A stretch of DNA of 64,000 nt from Candidatus Altimarinota bacterium (GCA_963677745.1 OY782391.1:32001-96000); one strand, 5' to 3'. Positions 21,414 to 30,263 are shown, numbered from the stretch's first letter. The notes: generated by a model not told the origin, from the letters alone. Numbers and translations are program-made.

Positions 21414-23453
21414 ATGGATACGCGGACACCGATATCAAAACTTCTTTCGACCACCAAAGCCCATTTAAACCTTCTGAAGCAGGTAGGTGTTTCTACAGTG
21501 GGAGATTTTATTAAATATTTTCCCCGAACCTATAATGATCAAAGCAATCTCAGCAGGATTATTGATATTCGTACTGACCAGGTAAACACAATTAAAGGGA
21601 CAATCAGCGCTATTGTGGAACTAAAAACCCGCTTCGGGAAAAAACTGATCAAAGCCAGATTTACCGATGAAACGGGCAGTGTGGAAGTCATCTGGTTTAA
21701 CCAGCCTTTTATTAAAAGACTTCTGCACAACGGACAATCGGTCATTTTATCGGGTAAAGCAAAATTTGAACTGGGAAAAATCACCCTGCTTAGCCCTCAA
21801 TACGAGCCGGTCCAGGAGAAACAACTGCACACCGCCAGACTGGTACCTGTTTATCATGAAACCGAGGGGCTTTCGTCAAAATGGCTAAGAGAAAAAATTC
21901 ATCCGCTGCTCAAATACATCCCCAAACTTTACCCTGAATATCTTCCCACGGAAATTCTGCAAAAATATCAGCTAATGCCTTATTCGCAGGCAATTCTGGA
22001 AACGCATTTTCCTTCCAAGCCGGAAATGCTGGAAAAAGCCAAATCACGTCTGGCTTTCGATGAATTGTTTTTACTGCAATTGAAAGCTCTCCAGAAAAAA
22101 TGGCAATGGCAAAAATCCGCCACCAAACACAGAAAAATCCTTCCCAGACATCCCGACCTTGATCTGCTGATTGGTAATCTTCCCTATGAATTGACTTCCG
22201 CCCAACAAAAAACACTATCAGAAATACTGTCTGACCTGGGAGGCTCTTATCCGATGTCCAGACTACTTCAGGGTGATGTAGGATCCGGTAAAACCATCGT
22301 GGCCGGTCTGGCTATTTTTAACACCTTGAAACATGGCTTTCAAGCCGCCCTGATGGCACCCACGGAGATTCTTGCCGAACAGCATTACCGGACAATCACC
22401 CAACTGTTTTCCAAAGAAAATTTTAATATTCAATTTTTGTCGGGAAGCGTTAAAACCGCGGACAAGAAAATTGTTCAAAGCGGACTTTCCGATGGCAGAA
22501 TAAACCTGATAATCGGAACCCACTCCCTGATCCAGGAAGAGATATCATTCGAGAACCTGGGCCTGGCTGTGATTGACGAACAACACCGGTTTGGTGTGGC
22601 CCAGAGAAGTCTTTTGAAAGCTCAGGGGGCTCCTCATTTGTTGAGTCTTTCCGCCACACCAATTCCCCGCACACTGGCGATGACCATCTATGGAGATCAG
22701 GATCTTTCCATAATTGATGAAATGCCCAAGGGCAGACTGCCCATAATTACCCGCTTAGTGCCTGAAAAAAAGCGTCGCGATGCCTATTTATGGATAGAAG
22801 ACCGTGTCAAATCCGGCCGCCAGGCTTTTGTAATCTGTCCACTGATTGATGAATCCGATACTCTGGAATTAAAATCCGTACTGACCGAATATGAAAATCT
22901 ACAAAAAAATATTTTCCCGGATTTAAAAATCGGCCTATTGCATGGGAAAATGAAAGCACAGGAAAAAGACGAAACCATGTCCAGATTCAAGGCCAATGAA
23001 TTTAATATTCTTGTATCCACCTCAGTTATAGAAGTGGGAATTGATATTCCGAATGCCACAATTATGATGATAGAAGGTGCCGAACGTTTTGGTCTTTCCC
23101 AGCTTCATCAGTTCCGCGGTCGCGTGGGAAGAGGGGAACATCAATCCTACTGTTTTCTCTTCATGCAAAACGAATCCGAAGGGGCCAAACAACGTCTGAA
23201 AGCCATGGTTGACCACCATAGCGGTTTCAAACTGGCAGAAATTGATCTTGAACTTCGGGGGCCCGGCCAGATTTTCGGGGTACAACAATCCGGCATTCCT
23301 GACCTTAAAATGGCCTCTTTAAGCGATTCTGTTACTATCAATCTGGCCAGAGAAGCGGCCCAGCAGATTATAAACACAGATCCGGAACTAAAAAATCATA
23401 CCGGGCTGGAGAAAAAAATCACCGAAATGGAAAATATTTATATAAAAGATTAA
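21414..23453 (+). CDS. recG: ATP-dependent DNA helicase RecG
   Basis: QGDVGSGKT, DEQHRFG, SATPIPR and QFRGRVGRG motifs. Confidence 0.97.
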   Translation: MDTRTPISKLLSTTKAHLNLLKQVGVSTVGDFIKYFPRTYNDQSNLSRIIDIRTDQVNTIKGTISAIVELKTRFGKKLIKARFTDETGSVEVIWFNQPFIKRLLHNGQSVILSGKAKFELGKITLLSPQYEPVQEKQLHTARLVPVYHETEGLSSKWLREKIHPLLKYIPKLYPEYLPTEILQKYQLMPYSQAILETHFPSKPEMLEKAKSRLAFDELFLLQLKALQKKWQWQKSATKHRKILPRHPDLDLLIGNLPYELTSAQQKTLSEILSDLGGSYPMSRLLQGDVGSGKTIVAGLAIFNTLKHGFQAALMAPTEILAEQHYRTITQLFSKENFNIQFLSGSVKTADKKIVQSGLSDGRINLIIGTHSLIQEEISFENLGLAVIDEQHRFGVAQRSLLKAQGAPHLLSLSATPIPRTLAMTIYGDQDLSIIDEMPKGRLPIITRLVPEKKRRDAYLWIEDRVKSGRQAFVICPLIDESDTLELKSVLTEYENLQKNIFPDLKIGLLHGKMKAQEKDETMSRFKANEFNILVSTSVIEVGIDIPNATIMMIEGAERFGLSQLHQFRGRVGRGEHQSYCFLFMQNESEGAKQRLKAMVDHHSGFKLAEIDLELRGPGQIFGVQQSGIPDLKMASLSDSVTINLAREAAQQIINTDPELKNHTGLEKKITEMENIYIKD

Positions 23454-23470
23454 TTCTTAATCAATTCAAT

Positions 23471-23749
23471 ATGAAACAAAAGATAAATCCGCATTTCGTC
23501 AAAATGTGCAAACAGGGGATAGCGGGTGCGGCAATGGGAATAGTTGCCGGATTTTTATTGGGAATAATAATCTATTTCCTGCAATATCCGCTGGTCTGGA
23601 TCGGCATTTTATTGGATGGAGCGAGAAATCCAAACCTGTGGCAGCAGCCAGGAATGTGGATCTCGGCAGTGATGCCGGGCACATTGGGAATGTCATTTGG
23701 TGCGATTATCGGAGGTATTTTCGGATCACTTTATGGCCTAAAAGACTAA
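23471..23749 (+). CDS. Small Gly-rich membrane protein
   Basis: Two GxxxG-rich hydrophobic segments. Confidence 0.6.
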   Translation: MKQKINPHFVKMCKQGIAGAAMGIVAGFLLGIIIYFLQYPLVWIGILLDGARNPNLWQQPGMWISAVMPGTLGMSFGAIIGGIFGSLYGLKD

Positions 23750-23859
23750 GGGGGCGATAGAATGGTCACTTCAAAAAAACAAACGCCTTAAAACGAAAGT
23801 TTAAATAGTATTTATAGCAAGGGATCAACAAGATTACCTCATTAAATAATTGCCAGTTT

Positions 23860-23887
23860 ATTTCGTACAAGATACATTATTCTGAAT
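23860..23887 (+). repeat. attL, dif-like 11-6-11 site
   Basis: ATTTCGTACAA GATACA TTATTCTGAAT; its first 19 nt match the right-end copy at 18 positions. Confidence 0.85.
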
Positions 23888-23900
23888 CTTGTTTTGATCT

Positions 23901-23933
23901 GCTAGGTCAATCGTTTACGATGACCTGGTTTTT
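23901..23933 (+). terminator. Intrinsic terminator-like hairpin just inside attL
   Basis: GCTAGGTCA-A-TCGT/ACGA-TGACCTGGT followed by a T run. Confidence 0.55.
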
Positions 23934-23981
23934 AATGGGCATGATGGGCATTTGCCGTTCCAGAACTCCATCATCACAATC

Positions 23982-24011
23982 ATTATAACTCACTAGGCCA
24001 CTAGAAGTCAA
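23982..24011 (-). promoter_or_regulatory. Sigma70-like leftward promoter pointing towards attL
   Basis: Minus strand TTGACT-N18-TATAAT. Confidence 0.45.
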
Positions 24012-24137
24012 GAGAATGTCAAGTAAAAGTAAACAAATACTTGGCGACGTGACTTTTAGGCCAAAATTAGCGTTTTGCGTTTCAAAAGTAACCAAGCACG
24101 TCGTCAGATACTTGGTTACTTTAACAAAAAATAAAAA

Positions 24138-24962
24138 ATGCAAAACATAGAAACAACCTTTACCGAGGGGGACAACATCATCAAAGAATACGCGACATTT
24201 GACCCGGAACGCGAGGAACAAAACAAGATCAACGCCAAAAACGCTGAGCTATTATTCAACGTCCCCTTTTTCCCTTATCAGATTAAGGTGCAAAAAGAGC
24301 ACGGGCTTTCTGATCTTGAAACAAAATTGTTTAGTTTTATTCAGTATTATGCCGGAGGGGGTGGGGAGTTTTACGCCTCAAACCCGAAGTTGGGGCAGTA
24401 TTTCGGCTGTCATAAAGACACGATTAGCACAGCGGTTGGTGTCCTGGCCAAAAAGGGGCTGGTAATAACTGGAATAAAGGTGCTCGGCAACGGGAATTCG
24501 GTCAGAAAATTGAGCGTAGGTGTAAACGCCGAGGGGGGTAGGTATAAACACCTAGGGGGGTCGGTGAAAACACCTAGGGTCATAGGTGAAAAGACCGACA
24601 TATATAAATTAAAAGAAATTAAAGTAAATACATCTCCTATCGGAGATACGGGCAAGGCCCCAAAAGAGACAAAAGAAATTCAAAAAAAACAGGAATACGG
24701 GAAGCCGGAAATTAACCAGATGCTTTCCGCCCTAAAAGCCAAGATCGGGGTCGAGGCATTCGCAGACAGCGGAATTGAAAGAAATATTGCACAGCATTGC
24801 ATCAACCTAATGGGCCGGATCGGTGTTAAGGAATTTTCCCGGCGGCTTGACTTAATTCTTGACGATGCTTTCAAACACAAAAACTGCAACCGCATTCGGT
24901 TCGTTTATTCGGAAATTAAGGGATTCATTGAGCCGGTCCGGCAGACGATCCCATCATTTTAA
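24138..24962 (+). CDS. Phage replication initiator (N-terminal winged HTH)
   Basis: LSDLETKLFSFI...FYASNPKLGQYFGC...IS.AV..L.KKGLV; internal iteron array as in lambda O. Confidence 0.75.
   Translation: MQNIETTFTEGDNIIKEYATFDPEREEQNKINAKNAELLFNVPFFPYQIKVQKEHGLSDLETKLFSFIQYYAGGGGEFYASNPKLGQYFGCHKDTISTAVGVLAKKGLVITGIKVLGNGNSVRKLSVGVNAEGGRYKHLGGSVKTPRVIGEKTDIYKLKEIKVNTSPIGDTGKAPKETKEIQKKQEYGKPEINQMLSALKAKIGVEAFADSGIERNIAQHCINLMGRIGVKEFSRRLDLILDDAFKHKNCNRIRFVYSEIKGFIEPVRQTIPSF
24517..24630 (+). repeat. Putative phage origin: four 22-bp-period iterons plus AT-rich tract
   Basis: TAGGTGTAAACGCCGAGGGGGG / TAGGTATAAACACCTAGGGGGG / TCGGTGAAAACACCTAGGGTCA / TAGGTGAAAAGACCGACA, then TATATAAATTAAAAGAAATTAAAGTAAATA. 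Confidence 0.8.
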
Positions 24963-24998
24963 AAAAACAAAAACAAAAACAAATTAATTTAAAATCAA

Positions 24999-25328
24999 AT
25001 GACAAAAGACATCGAAGTTAGACAGGAATTAATCAAGGTCCATTTAAAGGATCAGCGGACGCTGTATTTCCCGGCCACAAAGTACGCGGCTTTCTGCAAA
25101 GCTTTAAAAACAGACCAGTTTGTTGAGGTAGAGGGAATGTTAGTCAACCGCAATCTGATAATGACCGTCGAGCCGGAGCGAAACAAAGAAGATGTTCTAA
25201 TCAACCTGGACCCGGACATTCGCGAAGCCGCGCGCGAACGCTTTGCGCGTTTCAAGGCAGATCTGGGACGCTGGCCGAACACTAAGGAAAAACAAAAAAT
25301 TATTTTTAAAATACAAAACAACCAATGA
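24999..25328 (+). CDS. Phage hypothetical protein
   Basis: ORF directly after the initiator; ATGA overlap with the next ORF. Confidence 0.6.
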   Translation: MTKDIEVRQELIKVHLKDQRTLYFPATKYAAFCKALKTDQFVEVEGMLVNRNLIMTVEPERNKEDVLINLDPDIREAARERFARFKADLGRWPNTKEKQKIIFKIQNNQ

Positions 25329-25462
25329 ACAAATATAACGAAAAACAAAAAGAATTACTTTTATCAGTTTTGGAGGAATACGCGGAGGACGTTGTTTTCT
25401 TGAAAGCGGTTAATGCTTTGGCTTATGCCCTTATTCAATTAACCAAAGAGGACAAACGGTAA
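25325..25462 (+). CDS. Small phage protein (45 aa, MNKYNEKQKELL...)
   Basis: Own translation; ATGA coupling to the upstream ORF. Confidence 0.5.
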   Translation: MNKYNEKQKELLLSVLEEYAEDVVFLKAVNALAYALIQLTKEDKR

Positions 25463-25635
25463 TTACACTCCACAAATTCAGGGCAACAAAAAGGTGTGAC
25501 CAATGGTTTCGCTGCTCAAGGTGTCGGCTCGAGACTGACCGGCCAGAATCCTACTCACGAACGAATTGTCGGCCTAAAAGCATATTTGCCCCATTACATT
25601 ATTTGCATCACAAATCATTTCTTAACCACAAAAAA

Positions 25636-25953
25636 ATGAATTTGAAAAATCAGCTTATCGAATCCGTAAGAACAGGCATCATTTCGTCAATCAATGCTCA
25701 AAAGGCAGACATCGACAAAATGGCAGCCGAGCATTTCAAGACACTTGACGAACTTATGGACTGGCCAGAGGAAAAGTTCGAGGCCAAATGGACAAACTTT
25801 ATTTTAGCTTCTGGTGCTGGACCGTTTGCATTCCTGAAAGAAGTTTTGAAACAGGACAAGCGCGAGGTCGAGGCAGAAAAAATGAAGGCTGAGGCCGAGA
25901 AGGTAAAAGCGGCTCAGGAAAGCGAGGAAAAGGCAAAAACAGAAAAGAAATAA
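25636..25953 (+). CDS. Phage hypothetical protein
   Basis: ATG at 25636; charged helical C-terminus. Confidence 0.6.
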   Translation: MNLKNQLIESVRTGIISSINAQKADIDKMAAEHFKTLDELMDWPEEKFEAKWTNFILASGAGPFAFLKEVLKQDKREVEAEKMKAEAEKVKAAQESEEKAKTEKK

Positions 25954-25981
25954 ACGTCAGTTTAGAATCAGAAAATATCAG

Positions 25982-26266
25982 ATGGCAAAACACAAATTCG
26001 AAAAGGGCAATCCAGGTGGACCGGGGAGACCGAAAGGCTCCCTGTCCCTGGTGTCGATGTTAAAAGAAAGGCTTGAAAAAATCCCGGAAGGAAAAAAGAA
26101 AACCTACGCCGAACTTTTTATCGACAAGGTGCTTAAGAAATCCATAGACGACGAAGATGTCCAGGCAATGAGGGACGTTTTGAATCGCGTTGATGGTTTA
26201 CCCAAACAACCTTTGGACGTAGGCGGCGAGGTTAAGTTTATTGTCGAGCTGCATGATCGAGATTAA
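25982..26266 (+). CDS. terS: Terminase small subunit (DUF5681-like)
   Basis: KFEKGNPGGPGRPKGS N-terminal motif and RVDGLPKQ; precedes TerL. Confidence 0.75.
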   Translation: MAKHKFEKGNPGGPGRPKGSLSLVSMLKERLEKIPEGKKKTYAELFIDKVLKKSIDDEDVQAMRDVLNRVDGLPKQPLDVGGEVKFIVELHDRD

Positions 26267-27530
26267 ATTACCTTACAATTTGGATCTGGCTTCCCGACCA
26301 TTTCAGGGCGAGATTTTACGGGATCCGAGGAAAAACAAAGTCCTTATCATTCCGCGACGTCACGGCAAAACAACCCTTGCCATCGCAAAACTGGTCATGG
26401 AGGCAATCATAAACCCGAACAAGATTTATCATTATGTTTTCCCTTTCTACAAACAGGCAAAACAGGCCGTTTGGATCGCCCCGGACATGATTAATAAGCT
26501 GGTCCCGATGGAAGCCGTGTCACAAAAACACCAGGTCGATTTGATTATTTATTTTCATAACGGATCCCAGATTCACGTCAAAGGAGCTGATAACCCGGAT
26601 TCCCTGCGCTCTTTGGATTGTCACGGAGTTATCTTTGACGAGCCGGCCCAGATTAAACCCTCCATTTTCGACGAGATTTATTATCCAATCCTTGCCGCTA
26701 ATGGGGGGTGGAGCTGGTACGTTGGGACACCGAAAGGCAAAAATGCTTTTTATCAGAAATACATCACTTGCCGGAAAGACGAAAAGAATTGGCAAGTTGT
26801 CCACCTCAAAGCTTCAACTGCCGGGCTGTTTACCAAGGAGAATCTGGACAAAATCCGCTCCGAAATGACCCAGAAAGCGTTTGCACAAGAAATGGAATGC
26901 GAGTTTTTGGACGAATGCGGATCCCTGTTTCACCGGGTCCGGGAGAACGTCGGAGATACACTTGCAAGCCCGGAGCCGAACAAACAATATCTGATGGGGG
27001 TTGATCTGGCGAAATACTCAGATTTTACCGACATCACGATCCTTGACCGGCATAGTCACGAGGTTGTTCACCGGGACAGTTTCAACCAAATCGACTGGAA
27101 TTTGCAGAAAGCAAAAATCGAAAGTCTGGCCCGGAGATACAATAACGCAAAAATTCGCATCGATTCAACCGGGGTGGGGGATCCGATCACCGAAGATTTA
27201 ACCCGGGCTGGTTTGATCGTCGAGCCGTACAAATTCAACGCCACCAGCAAAAAGCAATTGCTGGAAAATCTGGTCATCATTTTGGAGGAATCAAAGGTCA
27301 AGATACCCAATGACCCCAATTTAATTGACCAATTAGAGGCCTACGAGGCATCAGTTAATGAAAGGACAGGGTCGGTCAGTTATAACGCGCCTGAGGGGCT
27401 CCACGACGACGCTGTTATCTCCCTGGCGTTAGCCTGTTGGAATCTTGGCCTTAAAATGACGATCGGAGCCGAGGGCAAGAAGTTTAATTTTTCTGTCAGT
27501 TACGACAAATTCGGCAGACCATCAATTTAA
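26253..27530 (+). CDS. terL: Terminase large subunit
   Basis: Walker A RRHGKT, Walker B VIFDE, GTPKG, nuclease domain GVDLA...HDDAVISLALA. Confidence 0.95.
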   Translation: MIEIKLPYNLDLASRPFQGEILRDPRKNKVLIIPRRHGKTTLAIAKLVMEAIINPNKIYHYVFPFYKQAKQAVWIAPDMINKLVPMEAVSQKHQVDLIIYFHNGSQIHVKGADNPDSLRSLDCHGVIFDEPAQIKPSIFDEIYYPILAANGGWSWYVGTPKGKNAFYQKYITCRKDEKNWQVVHLKASTAGLFTKENLDKIRSEMTQKAFAQEMECEFLDECGSLFHRVRENVGDTLASPEPNKQYLMGVDLAKYSDFTDITILDRHSHEVVHRDSFNQIDWNLQKAKIESLARRYNNAKIRIDSTGVGDPITEDLTRAGLIVEPYKFNATSKKQLLENLVIILEESKVKIPNDPNLIDQLEAYEASVNERTGSVSYNAPEGLHDDAVISLALACWNLGLKMTIGAEGKKFNFSVSYDKFGRPSI

Positions 27531-27931
27531 CGTACATCGTCGCAATATTCCTGGTCCTGTTGGACTTGGTTTCGGATAAAATAATAAACCCCGTCTCGAT
27601 TTTCAAAACACCCGTAGGCTTCAAGGATTGTCAGATCGGAAAGATTACTGGCGCACGTTTTATCGACGGCGTCCTGGCTTTTCCAAACAGGTGATGGGCC
27701 GATGTAAACGGGGACTGTTTCAAAAGTGATTGGGTTGATTTCGGCAAACGCTGAAAAACAATTAAAAAGGGTGTCGGCTGAAACTTCCGATACTTTTTTC
27801 AGGCATTCGGGAAACCTTGAGCTGATTTTTTCCATGGGTTTTTGTTCCGGGGGACGGGGCGTTTCGACTGGTGGGGTGCTGCAACCGACCAAAGCAAAAG
27901 CGAGCCCAATCATCAATAAATACATTTTCAT
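27527..27931 (-). CDS. Cys-rich lipoprotein (moron-like)
   Basis: Lipobox LVGC and a Pro-rich linker; opposite strand, between terL and portal. Confidence 0.7.
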   Translation of the reverse strand: MKMYLLMIGLAFALVGCSTPPVETPRPPEQKPMEKISSRFPECLKKVSEVSADTLFNCFSAFAEINPITFETVPVYIGPSPVWKSQDAVDKTCASNLSDLTILEAYGCFENRDGVYYFIRNQVQQDQEYCDDVR

Positions 27932-27985
27932 GTTTTTAAATTATTTGTTGACGGAGGCATAATACATGAATGGTGGCCAAATAGC

Positions 27986-28030
27986 TTGACATTCGACTTT
28001 CTACGAGTATCTTGCGGAATTGGCGCAGGG
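27986..28030 (+). promoter_or_regulatory. Conserved phage promoter, copy 1 (portal)
   Basis: TTGACA-N16-TATCTT-N8-GGCGCAGGG. Confidence 0.7.
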
Positions 28031-28046
28031 TTAAGCATTAGGAAAA

Positions 28047-29936
28047 ATGCCCAACCCATCAAAAGATTTACAGAATCGGATTGTCTCCGAATTACTGGAA
28101 ACCTACAAAAACTATCAGGACTTGAATAAGACCCGAAATTCAAGGCTTTTGGAAATTTACAAGGCTTTTTCTACGTACAAAGAGGAAAGAAAGGCTGATT
28201 ATATGACCGATATTAAGGTCAACAAGGCCCACGAGGTCGTCGAAAGAGTGCTGCCCCGGATCATCGCCAAAAACCCCAGGTGGATTGTCACCCCAAAAAC
28301 AAATGACTTCTACCCCGAGCAAGCGTTACCGGCTTATAGTCCAGCGGATCCGGCCAGTATAGAGGCTTACAACAAAGCTCAGGCAGATAAACGCCAGAAA
28401 ACGACAGATTACAGCCGGGCAATTCAGGATTATTTGTCGTATATCTTCGACGAATACCATTTTGAGGACGCCATCAGGGGATTCGCCAAGCCGGGGATTA
28501 TTTATGGGAAGGCCCGGGCGAAAGTGGGTTACAAATACGAAACAATCAGAAATTTTGTTGAAATTGAGACTGAGGACGGCGAAACAAAGCGCGAAATTAA
28601 GGAGGACGTAACGGGAGAATATCCGTTTATTGACGTCAAGAGCTGGACCGAAACCCTGTCCGACCCAAGATTTAAAAACGTCCAGGATTCGCCGGCCGAA
28701 TTCGAAATTATCAACGGCGTGAGGCTGTCCGAACTGCGCAGAAAGAAAAAGGAATATTTCAACCTGGATAAATTAAAAGACGTCTGCGATCTGAAAGTAA
28801 TTAACGACGATCTGGATAAATACAAACAGCAAGTTATGACCACGGCCGGCATTTCAACAGTCGGCATTTCCAATCCAATTGATAAAAACGGCCTTTCGGT
28901 CCTCAAGGCTTACACGTTATTTGACGAAAAGGACGACGGCAACGACAGACTATTTGAGGCGACCATAATCCCGGATCTGCAAATTTTGATCGGGTGGAAA
29001 GAAATTACAAAAAAGCCGTTTGTCGATTTCAGGGTTTTCGAGGACATTGAGACAAACTTTGATATTGGCTTTGTTGAGCCGATAATTGGTTTGATGGACG
29101 AAATGTCTTTCCAGAAAAACGCTGCAATTAATTTCGTCAACCAGGCGTTAAACCGAACTTTTGTCTGGTCGCCAAACTCAAACATAGATCCCCGGGATCT
29201 GATTTCCAAACCTTACGGGGTTATCCCGACAACCGGCGACGTACAGACCGCCCTTATGAACTGTCAGGAATTACCGATGCGGCAGTTACCAAGCGATTAT
29301 TTCCAGCTCCAAAATGATATTGAACGTCAAATCCAGACCCAGACATTTACCGTTGATACTTCAAATCCGAAGTCACAACAGGCTTTGACCAATACCGCTA
29401 CCGGGGCCAGAATTGAATTTTTTGAATCCAACTCAGTATTGGATCAGGTGCGGAAAAACTTTGAATCCGCCCTGTCTCAGCTCGCTTATTTGCTGCTGCA
29501 AGAAGCTTTCGAAAACATGGGCGATAACATTGTGCTCAAAAAGCTTGGAGCCGAGGAATATTGGGAAATGAACAGGGAAGTTTTGCGAAATGCTGTCACC
29601 CGATACACGATCCAGGTTGAGGTTGGATCCTCAACTTACGATGACATCGCAAACCGCCGGGCCGATGCTATGGCCTTTTGGAATGTTTTATCACAAGCCA
29701 AGGACGCCGGGGAGCCGGTCAAGCTCCGATCCGCTGTTGAGGACATTGCCGCAACCTTTGAAAAGAAAGATTTGGCCAAGTATTACGACAATTCGGTCGA
29801 TATGGCCAAAATTGCAGATACTATGCCGGGAAACCCTGCGAAATTTAATAAGGCATCGATGCCTGAATTACCTCCAACCCCAGCCGAAATGACCCAAAAG
29901 GTCGCCGGTGGTGAGTTGTTAAGCGTTAATCAATGA
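28047..29936 (+). CDS. Portal protein (P22/podovirus-like)
   Basis: 629 aa after terL; TATGARI motif, G.VEPIIGL.DE...KN and I.VEVGSST. Confidence 0.85.
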   Translation: MPNPSKDLQNRIVSELLETYKNYQDLNKTRNSRLLEIYKAFSTYKEERKADYMTDIKVNKAHEVVERVLPRIIAKNPRWIVTPKTNDFYPEQALPAYSPADPASIEAYNKAQADKRQKTTDYSRAIQDYLSYIFDEYHFEDAIRGFAKPGIIYGKARAKVGYKYETIRNFVEIETEDGETKREIKEDVTGEYPFIDVKSWTETLSDPRFKNVQDSPAEFEIINGVRLSELRRKKKEYFNLDKLKDVCDLKVINDDLDKYKQQVMTTAGISTVGISNPIDKNGLSVLKAYTLFDEKDDGNDRLFEATIIPDLQILIGWKEITKKPFVDFRVFEDIETNFDIGFVEPIIGLMDEMSFQKNAAINFVNQALNRTFVWSPNSNIDPRDLISKPYGVIPTTGDVQTALMNCQELPMRQLPSDYFQLQNDIERQIQTQTFTVDTSNPKSQQALTNTATGARIEFFESNSVLDQVRKNFESALSQLAYLLLQEAFENMGDNIVLKKLGAEEYWEMNREVLRNAVTRYTIQVEVGSSTYDDIANRRADAMAFWNVLSQAKDAGEPVKLRSAVEDIAATFEKKDLAKYYDNSVDMAKIADTMPGNPAKFNKASMPELPPTPAEMTQKVAGGELLSVNQ

Positions 29937-30208
29937 GTATTTTTGAATATTTAAAGGACAGGAACAGTCAAAAGACGTTTGAGGAAACTCAGTCCCAGGC
30001 TGAAAAGATGTTTACCTCCCAAAAGGAGGCGATCAAGGCAATCGCGGATTCTACCGGTTACGCCGAGATCCGGGCTTTCTGGGAAAGGGAAAAGGACGCT
30101 GCAATTCAAAGATTTTCAACCGCTGCCGTTGATGATCCGACCGCCCGGGCGATGTTTACGCTGGCAGACAGATTTTTGAAATTTCTGGACGTGCGCATTA
30201 AAGGCTGA
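29933..30208 (+). CDS. Small head-module protein
   Basis: ATGA-coupled to portal, a typical podovirus position. Confidence 0.65.
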   Translation: MSIFEYLKDRNSQKTFEETQSQAEKMFTSQKEAIKAIADSTGYAEIRAFWEREKDAAIQRFSTAAVDDPTARAMFTLADRFLKFLDVRIKG

Positions 30209-30209
30209 C

Positions 30210-30263
30210 GCTTGGTGGGGACAGGTTTTTATCCTAAACCTGCGCCTATCCTCCCCACCAGGC
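30210..30263 (+). ncRNA. Bulged stem-loop RNA element, candidate antisense regulator
   Basis: 12-bp outer stem, 7-bp inner stem, loop TTATCCT and 9-nt bulge CGCCTATCC; complementary motifs occur in several gene leaders. Confidence 0.55.

Noticed and set aside
23907-24221. Minus-strand 104-aa ORF at the prophage left end as a repressor or integrase fragment
   Set aside because: It overlaps the initiator antisense, has no recognisable motif, and the region is better explained as a structured leader.
24517-24600. Repeat array as CRISPR
   Set aside because: 22-bp period without unique spacers, inside a coding gene, and no cas genes; it fits iterons.
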